From the NCBI GenBank assembly GCA_045659825.1, contig JAZRCP010000102.1:1-63733 (forward strand): a stretch of DNA of 63,733 bases, read 5' to 3'. The notes beneath the pieces are model-generated. The model searched no databases. It had not been told where the DNA came from and worked only from the letters and a program-made list of their open reading frames with translations. The stretch's first letter is position 1; every line of letters begins with the position of its first letter. The translations under genes and the position numbers were made by a program. Below are positions 29,212-39,310 of the stretch, one piece after another. The stretch is from Dysosmobacter sp. GTDB lineage: Bacteria > Bacillota > Clostridia > Oscillospirales > Oscillospiraceae.

Positions 29212-29253
29212 CGCATAAAAAGAAAAGGAACCGGAGAATCCGGTTCCTTTTTG

Positions 29254-29721
29254 TTATTTCAGAAGGGCTGTGTGCACATCCAGCTTTCCGCCGATGATCG
29301 TCACCACACCGTAGGTGGGCCGCAGACGGTCGCCGATACTGCCGGGGTTCAGGAAGAACGTCTTGCCTCGCATGTCCACCAGCGGCATGTGGGTGTGGCC
29401 GAACAGAAAGAGGTCCAGTTCCTTTTCTTCGGAGGCATATCCTGCCAGAAGCAGGGACTGTTTTACCCGATAGGTGTGACCGTGGCAGAGAAGGATGCGC
29501 TTGTCCTCCAGACATAGAAGCTGCTCCGTCGGCTCATTGGGCAGAAAATCGCAGTTGCCCGGCACCTGTTGGAGCGGAATGTCGGGGACATGGTCCCGCA
29601 GCCGTTCCGCGTCCCGCCAGCAATCTCCCAAATGGAAGATCATATCCGGCCGCTCTGCTTCCACAGCTCGCACCATGTGGGAAACATTCCCGTGAGAATC
29701 CGATAGTACCAGAATCTTCAT
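29254..29721 (-). CDS. Metallophosphoesterase (YsnB/MJ0936 family)
   Basis: SDSHG, HLGD, GNCD, HGH, GHTH, NPGS. Confidence 0.9.
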   Translation of the reverse strand: MKILVLSDSHGNVSHMVRAVEAERPDMIFHLGDCWRDAERLRDHVPDIPLQQVPGNCDFLPNEPTEQLLCLEDKRILLCHGHTYRVKQSLLLAGYASEEKELDLFLFGHTHMPLVDMRGKTFFLNPGSIGDRLRPTYGVVTIIGGKLDVHTALLK

Positions 29722-29876
29722 CGTGCCATCTCCTTTGCTTCTAAGGGCAGTATACGGCAAACGGCACCGTTTCGCAATGGGCAGAGGCCAAAAACTGCCG
29801 CGCAGGAGTGCTCTTGCCGGAAAAATTTTTCAAAAAAGGGATTGACAAGCAGGGAGTAGGATGCTATAGTAAACAC

Positions 29877-30005
29877 AAGGTTAGTCAAAACTAACTAAAG
29901 GGCGCGCAGAAGGGCGGACCCCCTCTGTGTGCTGCTAAATTCAGACTTATCTCCTTTTTCCCCTCAAATAAGACCCCGCACGGCCGCCATTCCGTGCGGG
30001 GTCAA
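29877..30005 (+). ncRNA. Candidate metal-regulated small RNA, about 130 nt
   Basis: TTGACA(29842)-17-TATAGT(29865); operator at +3; hairpin, C/U-rich loop, strong 3' hairpin; no ORF. Confidence 0.6.
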
Positions 30006-30429
30006 CTCCTGAACAGAAAAACAAGAAAAAGTTGTTTGGATAACTTGACAAATATATGCAGGAGTGCTAATATTCCATATGAAGAGGTTAGCTAAAGCTA
30101 ACCATTTATAAACAAGGAGAGTTAGCCAAAACTAACAGAGAGGTGAGAACGATGACTTTGATGCAGGCACAGGAAGGAAAAGAGTATATCATCCGCGGGA
30201 TTGAAACGGACGATGAGGAGTTGAATGCCTTTTTGTTCTCTCTCGGCTGTTACACCGGTGAGCCCATCACGGTGATCGCCCGGAAGAAGCGAAACTGTGT
30301 GGTTTCCATTAAGGACGGCCGCTATAGCATTGACAATCAGCTGGCCGCGTCCATTTCCATTTGATATTTAAAATTGGGGTGATGCAATGCACCCCCCTTT
30401 TTACAGCAGGAGGTTAGCTCTGTCTAACC
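29879..30429. promoter_or_regulatory. Four GTTAG-N6-CTAAC boxes (DtxR/MntR-type)
   Basis: At 29880-29895, 30087-30102, 30121-30136, 30413-30428; feoA promoter TTGACA(30045)-17-TAATAT. Confidence 0.8.
30152..30364 (+). CDS. feoA: Ferrous iron transport protein A
   Basis: FLFSLGCYTGEPITV..RYSIDNQLA; adjacent to feoB. Confidence 0.92.
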   Translation: MTLMQAQEGKEYIIRGIETDDEELNAFLFSLGCYTGEPITVIARKKRNCVVSIKDGRYSIDNQLAASISI

Positions 30430-30472
30430 AAAAACAATTGAAAGAAGAACCGATGGAGGAGGAAATTTCCCC

Positions 30473-32494
30473 ATGAGAATTGCATTTGCAGGCAATCCCA
30501 ACAGCGGCAAGACCACCATGTATAATGCCCTGACCGGCCGGAAGGAGCGCGTAGGCAACTGGGCGGGCGTGACCGTGGAGAAGAAGGAAGCCCTGATCAA
30601 AAAGCGTTATTACGCCGGTGAGGAACTGGTGGCGGTGGATTTGCCCGGCGCCTATTCCATGTCTCCCTTCACGGCGGAGGAGAGTGTCACCAGCACTTAC
30701 ATCAAGAACGAGCATCCCGATGTCATCATCAACATTGTGGACGCCACCAATTTGAGCCGCAGCCTGTTTTTCACCACGCAGCTGCTGGAACTGGGCGTAC
30801 CTGTGGTGGTGGCGCTGAACAAGAGCGATCTCAGCGCCAGAAAAGAGACCGTCATTGACGCGGCGGCCCTCAGCGATAAACTGGGCTGCCCCGTGGTGAA
30901 GACGAGTGCCCATACGTCCGGAGACAAGGGACTGGTCGAGGTCGTGAAAGCCGCTGTGGCCCTGCGGGGCCGGAGCCAGAAGGTACCCTATGTTCAGACC
31001 GACGTGGATCTCACGAGCAAGGCCGCTGTTGAGGTCGCAGATCGCGAGCGGTTTGCCTTCGTTAACGCCATCGTGGCCGAGGTGGAAAAGCGCAGGGTGT
31101 TCACCAGAAATAAGAACGCACAGGATACCATCGACGAGGTGCTGACCCATCCCATCGGCGGTCTGGCTATTTTTGCAGGCGTCATGTTCCTCGTCTTTCA
31201 GCTTTCTCAGGCATGGGGCGGCCCCTGGATTGCAGATATGCTGGTGGGTTGGATCGAGGCCTTTATGGAAGTGGCAGGCGGCTGGATGGAGAACGCGTCT
31301 CCCGTTCTGCAGGCTCTGGCGGTGGACGGCATCATCGGCGGCGTAGGTGCTGTTGTGGGCTTCCTGCCGTTGGTCATGGTCATGTATTTCCTGATTGCCC
31401 TGCTGGAGGACTGCGGCTACATGGCCCGTGCCACCGTGGTGCTGGACCCCATCTTCAAGAAAGTGGGCCTGTCCGGCAAGTCCGTGATTCCCTTTGTGAT
31501 CGGCACCGGCTGCGCCATCCCCGGTGTGATGGCGGCCCGCACCATCCGTAACGAGCGGGAGCGCCGCGCCACCGCCATGCTGGCACCGTTCATGCCCTGT
31601 GGTGCCAAACTGCCGGTTATCGCCCTGTTTGCCGGTGTGTTCTTTGACAATGCCGGCTGGGTAGGCACGCTGATGTATTTTGCAGGCATCATGCTGATCT
31701 TCTTCGGCGCCCTGCTGGTGAACAGAATTGCCGGACACAAGCGCCGTCATTCTTTCTTCATTATTGAACTGCCGGAGTACAAGGTGCCCTCCCTGAAGCT
31801 GGCTGTTCACTCCATGGTTGCCCGCGGCTGGTCCTATATCGTCAAGGCCGGTACCGTGATTCTAATCTGCAACACCGTGGTGCAGATCATGCAGACCTTC
31901 AACTGGAGATTTGAGGTAGTGGAAGCAGGTATGGAGAACACCTCTATCCTTGCAACCGTTGCTGCACCGATTGCCGTTCTGCTGATTCCCGTGGTGGGGT
32001 TTGCCTCCTGGCAGCTGGCTGCCGCTTCGGTGACCGGCTTCATCGCCAAGGAAAATGTGGTGGGTACGCTGGCTGTCTGCTTTGCCATCACCAACTTCAT
32101 CGATACCGATGCGTTGGCACTGACCGGCGGCAGCGCGGAAGTTGCCGCAGCCTTTGGCCTGACCAAGTCTGCCGCATTGGCCTATCTGATATTCAACCTG
32201 TTTACGCCGCCCTGCTTTGCGGCGCTGGGTGCCATGCGCTCTGAGATCAACAGCCGCAAGTGGTTCTGGGGCGGAGTGGCGTTGCAGTTTGCCACCGGTT
32301 ATGTCGTGGCATTTCTGGTCTATCAGATCGGCACGCTGGTAACGGAGGGCCGCTTCGGCGCAGGCTTCGTGCCCGGACTGATTGGCGTGCTGACCGTCGC
32401 TGCGGTGGTGGCCTATCTCATCCGCAAGGGCGACAAAGCCGTGACTGCAGAATGCAGATACAGCAAAGAAATGGTGAGGGGTGTATACTTATGA
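30473..32494 (+). CDS. feoB: Ferrous iron transporter B
   Basis: GNPNSGKT, VGNWAGVTVE, DLPG, NKSD, LEDCGYMAR, PFMPCGAK. Confidence 0.96.
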   Translation: MRIAFAGNPNSGKTTMYNALTGRKERVGNWAGVTVEKKEALIKKRYYAGEELVAVDLPGAYSMSPFTAEESVTSTYIKNEHPDVIINIVDATNLSRSLFFTTQLLELGVPVVVALNKSDLSARKETVIDAAALSDKLGCPVVKTSAHTSGDKGLVEVVKAAVALRGRSQKVPYVQTDVDLTSKAAVEVADRERFAFVNAIVAEVEKRRVFTRNKNAQDTIDEVLTHPIGGLAIFAGVMFLVFQLSQAWGGPWIADMLVGWIEAFMEVAGGWMENASPVLQALAVDGIIGGVGAVVGFLPLVMVMYFLIALLEDCGYMARATVVLDPIFKKVGLSGKSVIPFVIGTGCAIPGVMAARTIRNERERRATAMLAPFMPCGAKLPVIALFAGVFFDNAGWVGTLMYFAGIMLIFFGALLVNRIAGHKRRHSFFIIELPEYKVPSLKLAVHSMVARGWSYIVKAGTVILICNTVVQIMQTFNWRFEVVEAGMENTSILATVAAPIAVLLIPVVGFASWQLAAASVTGFIAKENVVGTLAVCFAITNFIDTDALALTGGSAEVAAAFGLTKSAALAYLIFNLFTPPCFAALGAMRSEINSRKWFWGGVALQFATGYVVAFLVYQIGTLVTEGRFGAGFVPGLIGVLTVAAVVAYLIRKGDKAVTAECRYSKEMVRGVYL

Positions 32495-32658
32495 CAGATA
32501 TCATTGTAATTGCCATTCTGACCGTGATTCTCGGCGCTGCCGTGGGTTACATTTATAAGGCAAAAAAGAGCGGTGCCAAGTGCATTGGCTGTCCCGCAAC
32601 CAACTGCTCCGGCTGCTGCAGCTGCTGTGCTGCAGGCTGCGGAAGCGAAGAGGAATAA
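32491..32658 (+). CDS. FeoB-associated Cys-rich membrane protein
   Basis: N-terminal TM followed by KKSGAKCIGCP..CSGCCSCC. Confidence 0.88.
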   Translation: MTDIIVIAILTVILGAAVGYIYKAKKSGAKCIGCPATNCSGCCSCCAAGCGSEEE

Positions 32659-32762
32659 AAAAACGATTTCTATGTGAAGCACCCCGTTTCCTGCGGGGTG
32701 CTTTGTTATTTGACAGGCGGAAGGGGATTTGGTATCCTGTTTGAAGAAAGTGAGGCAGAAGC

Positions 32763-33074
32763 ATGGATCATTTTGCATTTTTAGATATGAATTTCTTCAC
32801 CCGCGCGGCGGTGTTTCCCGGCAGCGTGGGTGCGTTTCGCTACCGCTTTCAGCGGACCGGCTGGATCGGGGACGGCGCCATTCAGGCGTGGGTCTATGAG
32901 AACATTAGCTTTGAGTTGGCGCAGAACATCGAAACGGAGAGTTTTCTCTGGACAGAGGACGGCATTGCCGCCCTGAAGGCATGGCTGAAGCAGAAATTGG
33001 CGGAGCGGGGAGAGGAACCCTACCGCATTCCTTATCCCCCAAAAAAGAACGATGTACTGGAACCGGCTGAGTGA
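32763..33074 (+). CDS. Hypothetical protein
   Basis: Upstream TTGACA/TATCCT promoter and RBS GAGG. Confidence 0.7.
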   Translation: MDHFAFLDMNFFTRAAVFPGSVGAFRYRFQRTGWIGDGAIQAWVYENISFELAQNIETESFLWTEDGIAALKAWLKQKLAERGEEPYRIPYPPKKNDVLEPAE

Positions 33075-33948
33075 CCGCCTGCGGGAGGCCTATGGCGGGA
33101 AGGTGTATAAGCTGGCCCTGTCCTCCGGCTGTTCCTGTCCTAACCGGGACGGTATGATCGATACACGGGGCTGCATCTTCTGTGACGGCGCAGGGGCCTT
33201 TGCCGCGGCAGGGGATATCCCCGCACAGCTGGCGGAGGCCAAACGCCGCGTAGCGGCCAAAGTGGGGGAGAATCCCCGCTACATCGCCTATTTTCAGTCC
33301 TCCACCAATACCCACGGCTCCGTGGAGCAACTCCGGACGCTGTATCTGCAGGCGCTGGTAGACCATGAGGTGGTGATCCTGTCCATTGCCACCCGCCCCG
33401 ACTGTCTGGGGGAAGAGGTCATGGCCCTGCTGCGGGAACTGAATACTATTAAGCCTGTCTGGGTGGAACTGGGGCTGCAGACCATCCATCCCGCCACGGC
33501 TGCCTACATCCGGCGGGGCTATGACCTGTGCGTGTTTGAGGAAGCAGTGGCAAAGCTGCGCGCCGCCGGGATTGAGGTCATTGTCCACCAGATTCTGGGT
33601 TTGCCGGGTGAAACCGCCGATATGATGACAGAAACTGCGCAATATATTGGACAATCTGGCGCACAAGGCGTTAAGTTTCACTTGCTCCATATTCTGCGGA
33701 ATACCGATCTTGCAGCGGACTGGCAGGCGGGAAATGTGCCGGTCATGGACATGGAAACCTACATCTCCGTGCTGGAGTCATGTGTCCGCCGCATCCCGCG
33801 GGAGATGGTCATTCACCGCCTCACCGGCGACGGGGCCAAGCGGGATCTGCTGGCTCCTCTCTGGAGCAGCGATAAAAAGCGGGTGCTGAATGCCATCCAT
33901 GCCGCCTTTGTGCGGGACGATGTGGAGCAGGGAAGTGCCCTGCAGTAA
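33052..33948 (+). CDS. Radical SAM protein, TIGR01212/YhcC family
   Basis: CPNRDG..GCIFC, IAYFQ, ATRPDC, ELGLQT, HRLTGD. Confidence 0.92.
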   Translation: MYWNRLSDRLREAYGGKVYKLALSSGCSCPNRDGMIDTRGCIFCDGAGAFAAAGDIPAQLAEAKRRVAAKVGENPRYIAYFQSSTNTHGSVEQLRTLYLQALVDHEVVILSIATRPDCLGEEVMALLRELNTIKPVWVELGLQTIHPATAAYIRRGYDLCVFEEAVAKLRAAGIEVIVHQILGLPGETADMMTETAQYIGQSGAQGVKFHLLHILRNTDLAADWQAGNVPVMDMETYISVLESCVRRIPREMVIHRLTGDGAKRDLLAPLWSSDKKRVLNAIHAAFVRDDVEQGSALQ

Positions 33949-34023
33949 GAGGAATAAACAAAAAAGTGATGCCGCAAGGCATCACTTTTCTTATGAAGAA
34001 GCAATTCTGCTGCGCACTGAAAT

Positions 34024-34566
34024 TTAGTCCAGCGGCGCAAATTCCTCGCCGGTCTTTAACTTGTGCCAGCGGAACACGCCGTCCGTCAGCGTCATGTAGC
34101 TGCGGGGGGTGTTCTCCTTGGGCAGCGACAGGGAGCCGGGGTTGAGGTAGGTGGTCTCGCCCATTTTGCGGCGGACAGGCAGGTGGATGTGACCGCAAAG
34201 CAGATAATCGCCTGCCGTCAGGGGCGGCAGCTTGTCAGGGCCGTAGTTGTGGCCGTGGGTGGAGCAGACATTCACGCCGTCCACCGACAGGAAGGCATAC
34301 TCGGCCAGCATGGGGAACTCCAGCACCATCTGGTCCACCTCGGAGTCACAGTTGCCCCGTACGCACAGCAGCTTGTCTTTCATGCTATTCAGCAGCGCGG
34401 TGACGGCAAAGGTGTCGTATTCCTCGGGGAACGGGTTGCGGGGGCCGTGGTACAAAAGATCGCCCAGCAGCACGATGCGGTCGGCCTGTTCCCGTTCAAA
34501 GGCTGCCAGCAGTGCGCGGCAGCAGGCAGCGGAGCCGTGAAGATCGGATGCAATCAGTAATTTCAT
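34024..34566 (-). CDS. yfcE: Phosphodiesterase YfcE
   Basis: SDLHG, GDLLYHGPRN, RGNCDSEVDQMVL. Confidence 0.9.
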   Translation of the reverse strand: MKLLIASDLHGSAACCRALLAAFEREQADRIVLLGDLLYHGPRNPFPEEYDTFAVTALLNSMKDKLLCVRGNCDSEVDQMVLEFPMLAEYAFLSVDGVNVCSTHGHNYGPDKLPPLTAGDYLLCGHIHLPVRRKMGETTYLNPGSLSLPKENTPRSYMTLTDGVFRWHKLKTGEEFAPLD

Positions 34567-34697
34567 GGCATATTCTCCTTTGTTGGGTTGAAACTATACA
34601 TATATTGTATCCCAAACTCGACACAAACGCAACTTGCAAGCGGTGGTCCGCTGGTATATAATGCGAGTGAAAAGCCAAATAGACAGGAGCGATGCAG

Positions 34698-35360
34698 ATG
34701 GAACTGAATACAACGAAACTGCTGGACCTGACCCACACCCTCGCGGGAGCGTATCTGGAACAGTTTGAATACCCCTGGCAGGCATTGGACGGCATTAAGA
34801 ATCTGATTCTGGAACTGGGCGCTTCTTTGCCTGCCGAAGAATACGACCAACCCAGCCCCAACGTCTGGGTGCATAAGACGGCAAAGGTGTTTCCCTCGGC
34901 CTATCTGGGTGCGCCCTGCATCATCGGCCCCGAGACAGAGGTGCGGCACTGTGCCTTCATCCGCGGCAGCGCGCTGGTAGGCGCCAAGTGCGTGGTGGGC
35001 AACTCCGTGGAACTGAAGCATGTGGTCCTGTTCGACAATGTCCAGACCCCCCACTATAACTATGTGGGCGATTCCATCCTCGGCTACAAGAGCCACATCG
35101 GGGCCGGCTCCATCACCTCCAACGTCAAGAGCGACAAGACCCTCGTGGTGGTGAAGAACGGTGCGGAGCAGATCGAAACCGGCCGCAAGAAGTTCGGCGC
35201 GATCTTAGGCGACGGCGTGGAAGTGGGCTGTAACAGCGTGCTGAACCCCGGCACTGTGCTGGGCCGCGGCGTCAGCGTGTACCCCACCTCCTGTGTGCGG
35301 GGCGCCATTCCGGAAAACCATATTTTCAAGGCTCCCGGAAACATCGTGGAACGCAAGTGA
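34698..35360 (+). CDS. Hexapeptide-repeat acyltransferase (GlmU C-terminal-like)
   Basis: PHYNYVGDSILG, KFGAILGD, GCNSVLNPG. Confidence 0.85.
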   Translation: MELNTTKLLDLTHTLAGAYLEQFEYPWQALDGIKNLILELGASLPAEEYDQPSPNVWVHKTAKVFPSAYLGAPCIIGPETEVRHCAFIRGSALVGAKCVVGNSVELKHVVLFDNVQTPHYNYVGDSILGYKSHIGAGSITSNVKSDKTLVVVKNGAEQIETGRKKFGAILGDGVEVGCNSVLNPGTVLGRGVSVYPTSCVRGAIPENHIFKAPGNIVERK

Positions 35361-35393
35361 ATCAAAAAGCACCGCCTTTCGGCGGTGCTTTTC

Positions 35394-36686
35394 TTATAAC
35401 TGCTTCAAAATTTTCTCCACGGATTCTTCTGTGCGGCGAGCAACCGCTTCCAGATCAAGCGTGGTGTAAAGACCGTCGCGGTAGAGCACCTTGCCGTCCA
35501 CCATGGTCAGGCACACATCGGTGCCCATGGCGGAAAAGACCACATTGTTGGCCATGTTGTGGCAGGGGCGGAGATAGGGCTTGTTTTGCAGGTCCAGCAC
35601 GATCAGGTCGGCCCGGAATCCCTCCTTCAAAAGGCCGCAGTCTGCGCGGCCCTGTGACAGGGCGCCCGCGCGGGTGGCCGCATAGAGGGCCTCCCGAGGG
35701 GTAATAGCGGTGGGGTCTCCGGTGGTGGCCTTGAACAGGGTGGCGAACAGCTTCACTTCCTCCAGCATGTTCAGGTTGTTGTTGCTGGCGACGCTGTCGG
35801 TGCCGAGGGCCACATTGATGCCGTGTTTCAGCATCTGCGGTGCACGGCAGAAGCCGCTGGCCAGCTTCAGATTACTGACGGGACAACTGGCTACCGTGAC
35901 GTTTTTTTCTTTCAGGATATCGAAATCCTCGTCTTCCAGCCACACGCAGTGAGCGGCGGTGGTGGGTGCGTCAAACACACCAGAATCGCTGAAGTAGCGG
36001 GCAGGCGTGCGGCCGCCGTGGCGCTGCTTGCATGCCTCATGCTCGGCCTGCGTTTCGGAGAGGTGCAGATGCATGTGCAGACCGGCCTCTTTGGCAATGT
36101 CCGCCATATCCTCCACCACGCGGGGGGTGGAGGTGTATTCCGCGTGGATGGCCAGATCCAGTTTGAAGCGTTCCCCGCCTGCGTTGTGGAATCGGCGCAG
36201 GGTGTCCAGCATCTCCTGATGCACGGGCAGCTCCCGTGCACCCCGGGCATCAAAGCAGGTGGTGGAAAGACTGAAATTCATTTTAATGCCGCTCTCCAAC
36301 ACGGCGCGGCTGACCGCCTCGCCGTCGAAGTACATATCCGTAGTAGATACAATGCCGAAGCGCAGCATCTCCGCCGCTGCCAGCATGGTGCCGTTGTAAA
36401 TGGCCTCGCTGTTTAGCTTGGCCTCGAAGGGGAAGATGCGGGTGTTCAGCCAGTCGGACAGGGCCAGATTTTCGCCGTAGCCCCGCATGAGTGTCATGGC
36501 GGAGTGGCTGTGGGCGTTGACAAAACCGGGCATCAGCAGCTTGCCCGTGCCGTCATAGACCTCGCCGAAGTCCTCTGCGGGCTTCTCCGCGCCGATATAG
36601 GCAATTTTGCTGCCGATCACGCCGACGTATTGTCCCATGTGATGCTGAAACTGCTCGTCCAGAATGTCAATGTTTGCAAACAGCAT
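35394..36686 (-). CDS. mtaD: Amidohydrolase, MTA/SAH deaminase-like
   Basis: PGFVNAHSH, HLHLSET, AHCV, SNLKLASG, LGTDSVASNN. Confidence 0.8.
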   Translation of the reverse strand: MLFANIDILDEQFQHHMGQYVGVIGSKIAYIGAEKPAEDFGEVYDGTGKLLMPGFVNAHSHSAMTLMRGYGENLALSDWLNTRIFPFEAKLNSEAIYNGTMLAAAEMLRFGIVSTTDMYFDGEAVSRAVLESGIKMNFSLSTTCFDARGARELPVHQEMLDTLRRFHNAGGERFKLDLAIHAEYTSTPRVVEDMADIAKEAGLHMHLHLSETQAEHEACKQRHGGRTPARYFSDSGVFDAPTTAAHCVWLEDEDFDILKEKNVTVASCPVSNLKLASGFCRAPQMLKHGINVALGTDSVASNNNLNMLEEVKLFATLFKATTGDPTAITPREALYAATRAGALSQGRADCGLLKEGFRADLIVLDLQNKPYLRPCHNMANNVVFSAMGTDVCLTMVDGKVLYRDGLYTTLDLEAVARRTEESVEKILKQL

Positions 36687-36861
36687 CGTTTGTCCCTCCA
36701 TCCAGTCCAATGTGTGAGTGAATACTCGTGCTATCAATTATAAAGGACGCTTTGCAGCATTGTCAAGAAAGGGGAAAAGGCGCTTGCATTGGAGAATCGG
36801 CGGATATATAATGAAAAAATACATTGTGAAGCTCAGTGTATAGAAGTTAGGAGGAGATTTT

Positions 36862-37977
36862 ATGGAAAACGTGATTCGTTACCGCCGTGACTTGCATCAG
36901 ATTCCTGAAGTGGGATTTTGTGAGGTGCAGACGGCTGCATATATTCGGGAGCATTTGTCCCAACTGCCCTGCAAATGGGAGGCGGTGGACGAAACTGGTA
37001 CGATTGCCTTTTTCGATCACGGGGCCGGGGAGACCATTGCGTTTCGTGCCGATATTGACGCGCTGTCCATTGCAGAGGAAACGGGACTGCCGTTTGCTTC
37101 CCGGAATGGCTGTATGCATGCCTGCGGACACGATGCCCATACCGCCATGCTGCTGGGCCTGGCGGATCATCTGGCGGAGCATGGGACGGCATATCAAAAG
37201 GATATTCTACTGATCTTTCAGGCTGCTGAGGAGGCGATGCTGGGCGCCGGTGGTGCCAGATTGATTTGCGATGCCGGTGTGCTGGAGCGGTTCCATGTGA
37301 CGAAGATTTTTGGTCTCCACGTCTGGCCGCAGGTGAAAGCGGGAAGCATTGCCGTTCGTCCCGGACCGATGATGGCGCAGGCTGCCAATCTGGAACTGGT
37401 CGTTCAGGGAAAGAGCTCCCACTGTGCCCGTCCGGATCTGGGCATTGATGCGCTGGCGGCGCTGGCGGATATTATTTCCGAATTGAGCCGCTACAAGCGG
37501 GAGGATATCCCCGCCGGAACAGAATTCCTGCTGCATCTGGGCACCATCTCCGCCGGAGATGCGGCCAACATTGTTTGCCAGAACGCCCGTGCCGAGGGTA
37601 ATATCCGTGCCTATGAGCCGCTGCTGTTCGATGAGTTGTGTCAAAAGGTGCGGGAGACGGCAGCGGAGATCGACCGAAAGTACGGTACGGTGACGGAAGT
37701 GCGCATCGGCCAATCCTATCCGCCTGTTTTCAATGATGCCGAACTGGTCGAGGTGTACAAAACTGCCCTGACCGATGCGGGCATCGAGGTGCTGGAAGCG
37801 AACAAGACCATGATCAGCGAGGATTTCTCCCGCTATCAGCAGCGCGTTCCCGGTGTGTTTGCATTCCTTGGACTGGGAGATGTGCCTGCGCTGCACAACA
37901 ACCGCTTTGCCTTCGATGAAGAACTCATGGCCGTAGGTGTCCGCGCATTTATTGCGTTACTCAAGCAGTTTGCATAA
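36862..37977 (+). CDS. M20D amidohydrolase (N-acetyldiaminopimelate deacetylase-like)
   Basis: RRDLHQIPE, RADIDAL, HACGHD, FQAAEE, EDFS. Confidence 0.88.
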   Translation: MENVIRYRRDLHQIPEVGFCEVQTAAYIREHLSQLPCKWEAVDETGTIAFFDHGAGETIAFRADIDALSIAEETGLPFASRNGCMHACGHDAHTAMLLGLADHLAEHGTAYQKDILLIFQAAEEAMLGAGGARLICDAGVLERFHVTKIFGLHVWPQVKAGSIAVRPGPMMAQAANLELVVQGKSSHCARPDLGIDALAALADIISELSRYKREDIPAGTEFLLHLGTISAGDAANIVCQNARAEGNIRAYEPLLFDELCQKVRETAAEIDRKYGTVTEVRIGQSYPPVFNDAELVEVYKTALTDAGIEVLEANKTMISEDFSRYQQRVPGVFAFLGLGDVPALHNNRFAFDEELMAVGVRAFIALLKQFA

Positions 37978-38023
37978 AATGTGAAATGAAACAAAAAACC
38001 GCTTCCTGTTGGAAGCGTTTTTT

Positions 38024-38099
38024 TGGTGACCCGGCGGGGATTCGAACCCCGGACCCACTGCTTAAAAGGCAGTTGCTCTGCCTGCTGAGCTACCGGATC
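38024..38099 (-). tRNA. tRNA-Lys(TTT)
   Basis: Cloverleaf, anticodon loop CTTTTAA, GGTTCGAATCC, CCA. Confidence 0.96.
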
Positions 38100-38127
38100 A
38101 TATGCATTCTTTTGAGGCGTAAGGGGG

Positions 38128-38202
38128 TGGCTGGGACGGCTGGATTCGAACCAGCGGATGAGGGAGTCAAAGTCCCTTGCCTTACCACTTGGCGACGCCC
38201 CA
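38128..38202 (-). tRNA. tRNA-Gln(TTG)
   Basis: Anticodon loop CTTTGAC, T-arm, CCA. Confidence 0.96.
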
Positions 38203-38251
38203 ATGTGGAAAGAAACAGGGGACCGGGGTAAACCCGATCCCCTGTCTTGTC

Positions 38252-38328
38252 TGGGGTGGGTGATGGGACTCGAACCCACAACGCCCGGAACCACAATCCG
38301 GTGCTCTGCCAATTGAACTACACCCACC
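38252..38328 (-). tRNA. tRNA-His(GTG)
   Basis: Anticodon loop TTGTGGT, G-1, CCA. Confidence 0.96.
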
Positions 38329-38370
38329 ACATCTTGATGTGAAAACGTTTGCTGACGGTTTCGAAGAAAG

Positions 38371-38447
38371 TGGTACGCCAGAAGGGACTCGAACCCCTGG
38401 CCTACTGCTTAGAAGGCAGTTGCTCTATCCAGCTGAGCTACTGGCGC
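38371..38447 (-). tRNA. tRNA-Arg(TCT)
   Basis: Anticodon loop CTTCTAA, CCA. Confidence 0.96.
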
Positions 38448-38454
38448 GAATACA

Positions 38455-38529
38455 TGGAGCAGGTGACGGGAATCGAACCCGCATCCCCAGCTTGGAAGGC
38501 TGGTGCCCTGACCATTGTGCTACACCTGC
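38455..38529 (-). tRNA. tRNA-Gly(TCC)
   Basis: Anticodon loop CTTCCAA, CCA; upstream TTGACA/TACTAT promoter on minus. Confidence 0.96.
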
Positions 38530-38617
38530 GTGGCCTTCCGCAAATCGTCAGCTTTGATATAGTAGCATGAAACTGCGGGCCTGTCAAGCGGTAAAGGCTG
38601 GAATCCTGTAAAAATTT

Positions 38618-39220
38618 TTAGGATGTCAGCGATAAAAACCACCGGAACAGCTGCTGCCGCACGGCAAACTCCATTCGCTCCGGGTGCCATTGCACGCCCC
38701 ACACCGGCAGCGTGCGGTGCCCCAGGGCTTCGATGACGCCGTCCGGTGACCATTGCAGGGCGGAAAGTCCGCAGCCAAGGCGGTCTGCCGCCTGATGGTG
38801 GGCGCTGTTGACGATGCTGGAGTCTCCACAGATTTTCCGAAGAGGTGAGGGGGCACATTGGACGCGGTGTCGGCGGTCGATGCCGTCTGCGGCACTGTGG
38901 CCCACAATATCCTGCAGTAGTGTACCGCCAAAATAGACGTTGATGACCTGCAATCCCCGGCAGACGCCCAGTACCGGCTTTTTCAACAGGACAAACCGCT
39001 GCAGCAGTTCCAGTTCCTCTGTGTCGCGCAGGGTATCAATGCCGCGGCTGGCAGTGTTTGCCTGTCCGTAGCGCCACGGGGCCAGATCTGCGCCGCCGGG
39101 CAGCAACAATGCATCGCAGGTTTCTGGATCCGTAAAACGGACGGACCCGCCTGCATCCTCCACCGCGCGGCAGTAATTGGCAAAGCGGACGGCGTCACCC
39201 CAAAGGTAAATCGTTTTCAT
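38618..39220 (-). CDS. Peptidase C26 / gamma-glutamyl-GABA hydrolase family glutamine amidotransferase
   Basis: LLLPGGAD, GVCRGLQ, VNSAHHQA, GVQWHPE. Confidence 0.9.
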   Translation of the reverse strand: MKTIYLWGDAVRFANYCRAVEDAGGSVRFTDPETCDALLLPGGADLAPWRYGQANTASRGIDTLRDTEELELLQRFVLLKKPVLGVCRGLQVINVYFGGTLLQDIVGHSAADGIDRRHRVQCAPSPLRKICGDSSIVNSAHHQAADRLGCGLSALQWSPDGVIEALGHRTLPVWGVQWHPERMEFAVRQQLFRWFLSLTS

Positions 39221-39310
39221 TTGGCATCCCTCCCGCAGTATTCTATGCAGCGCGGGAATTTCTCTTGCAACGGCGGAGAAAATATGGCATAATGACCGAT
39301 GGAATGATTC

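Noticed and set aside
30401-31810. 469-aa minus-strand ORF
   Set aside because: Antisense shadow of feoB.
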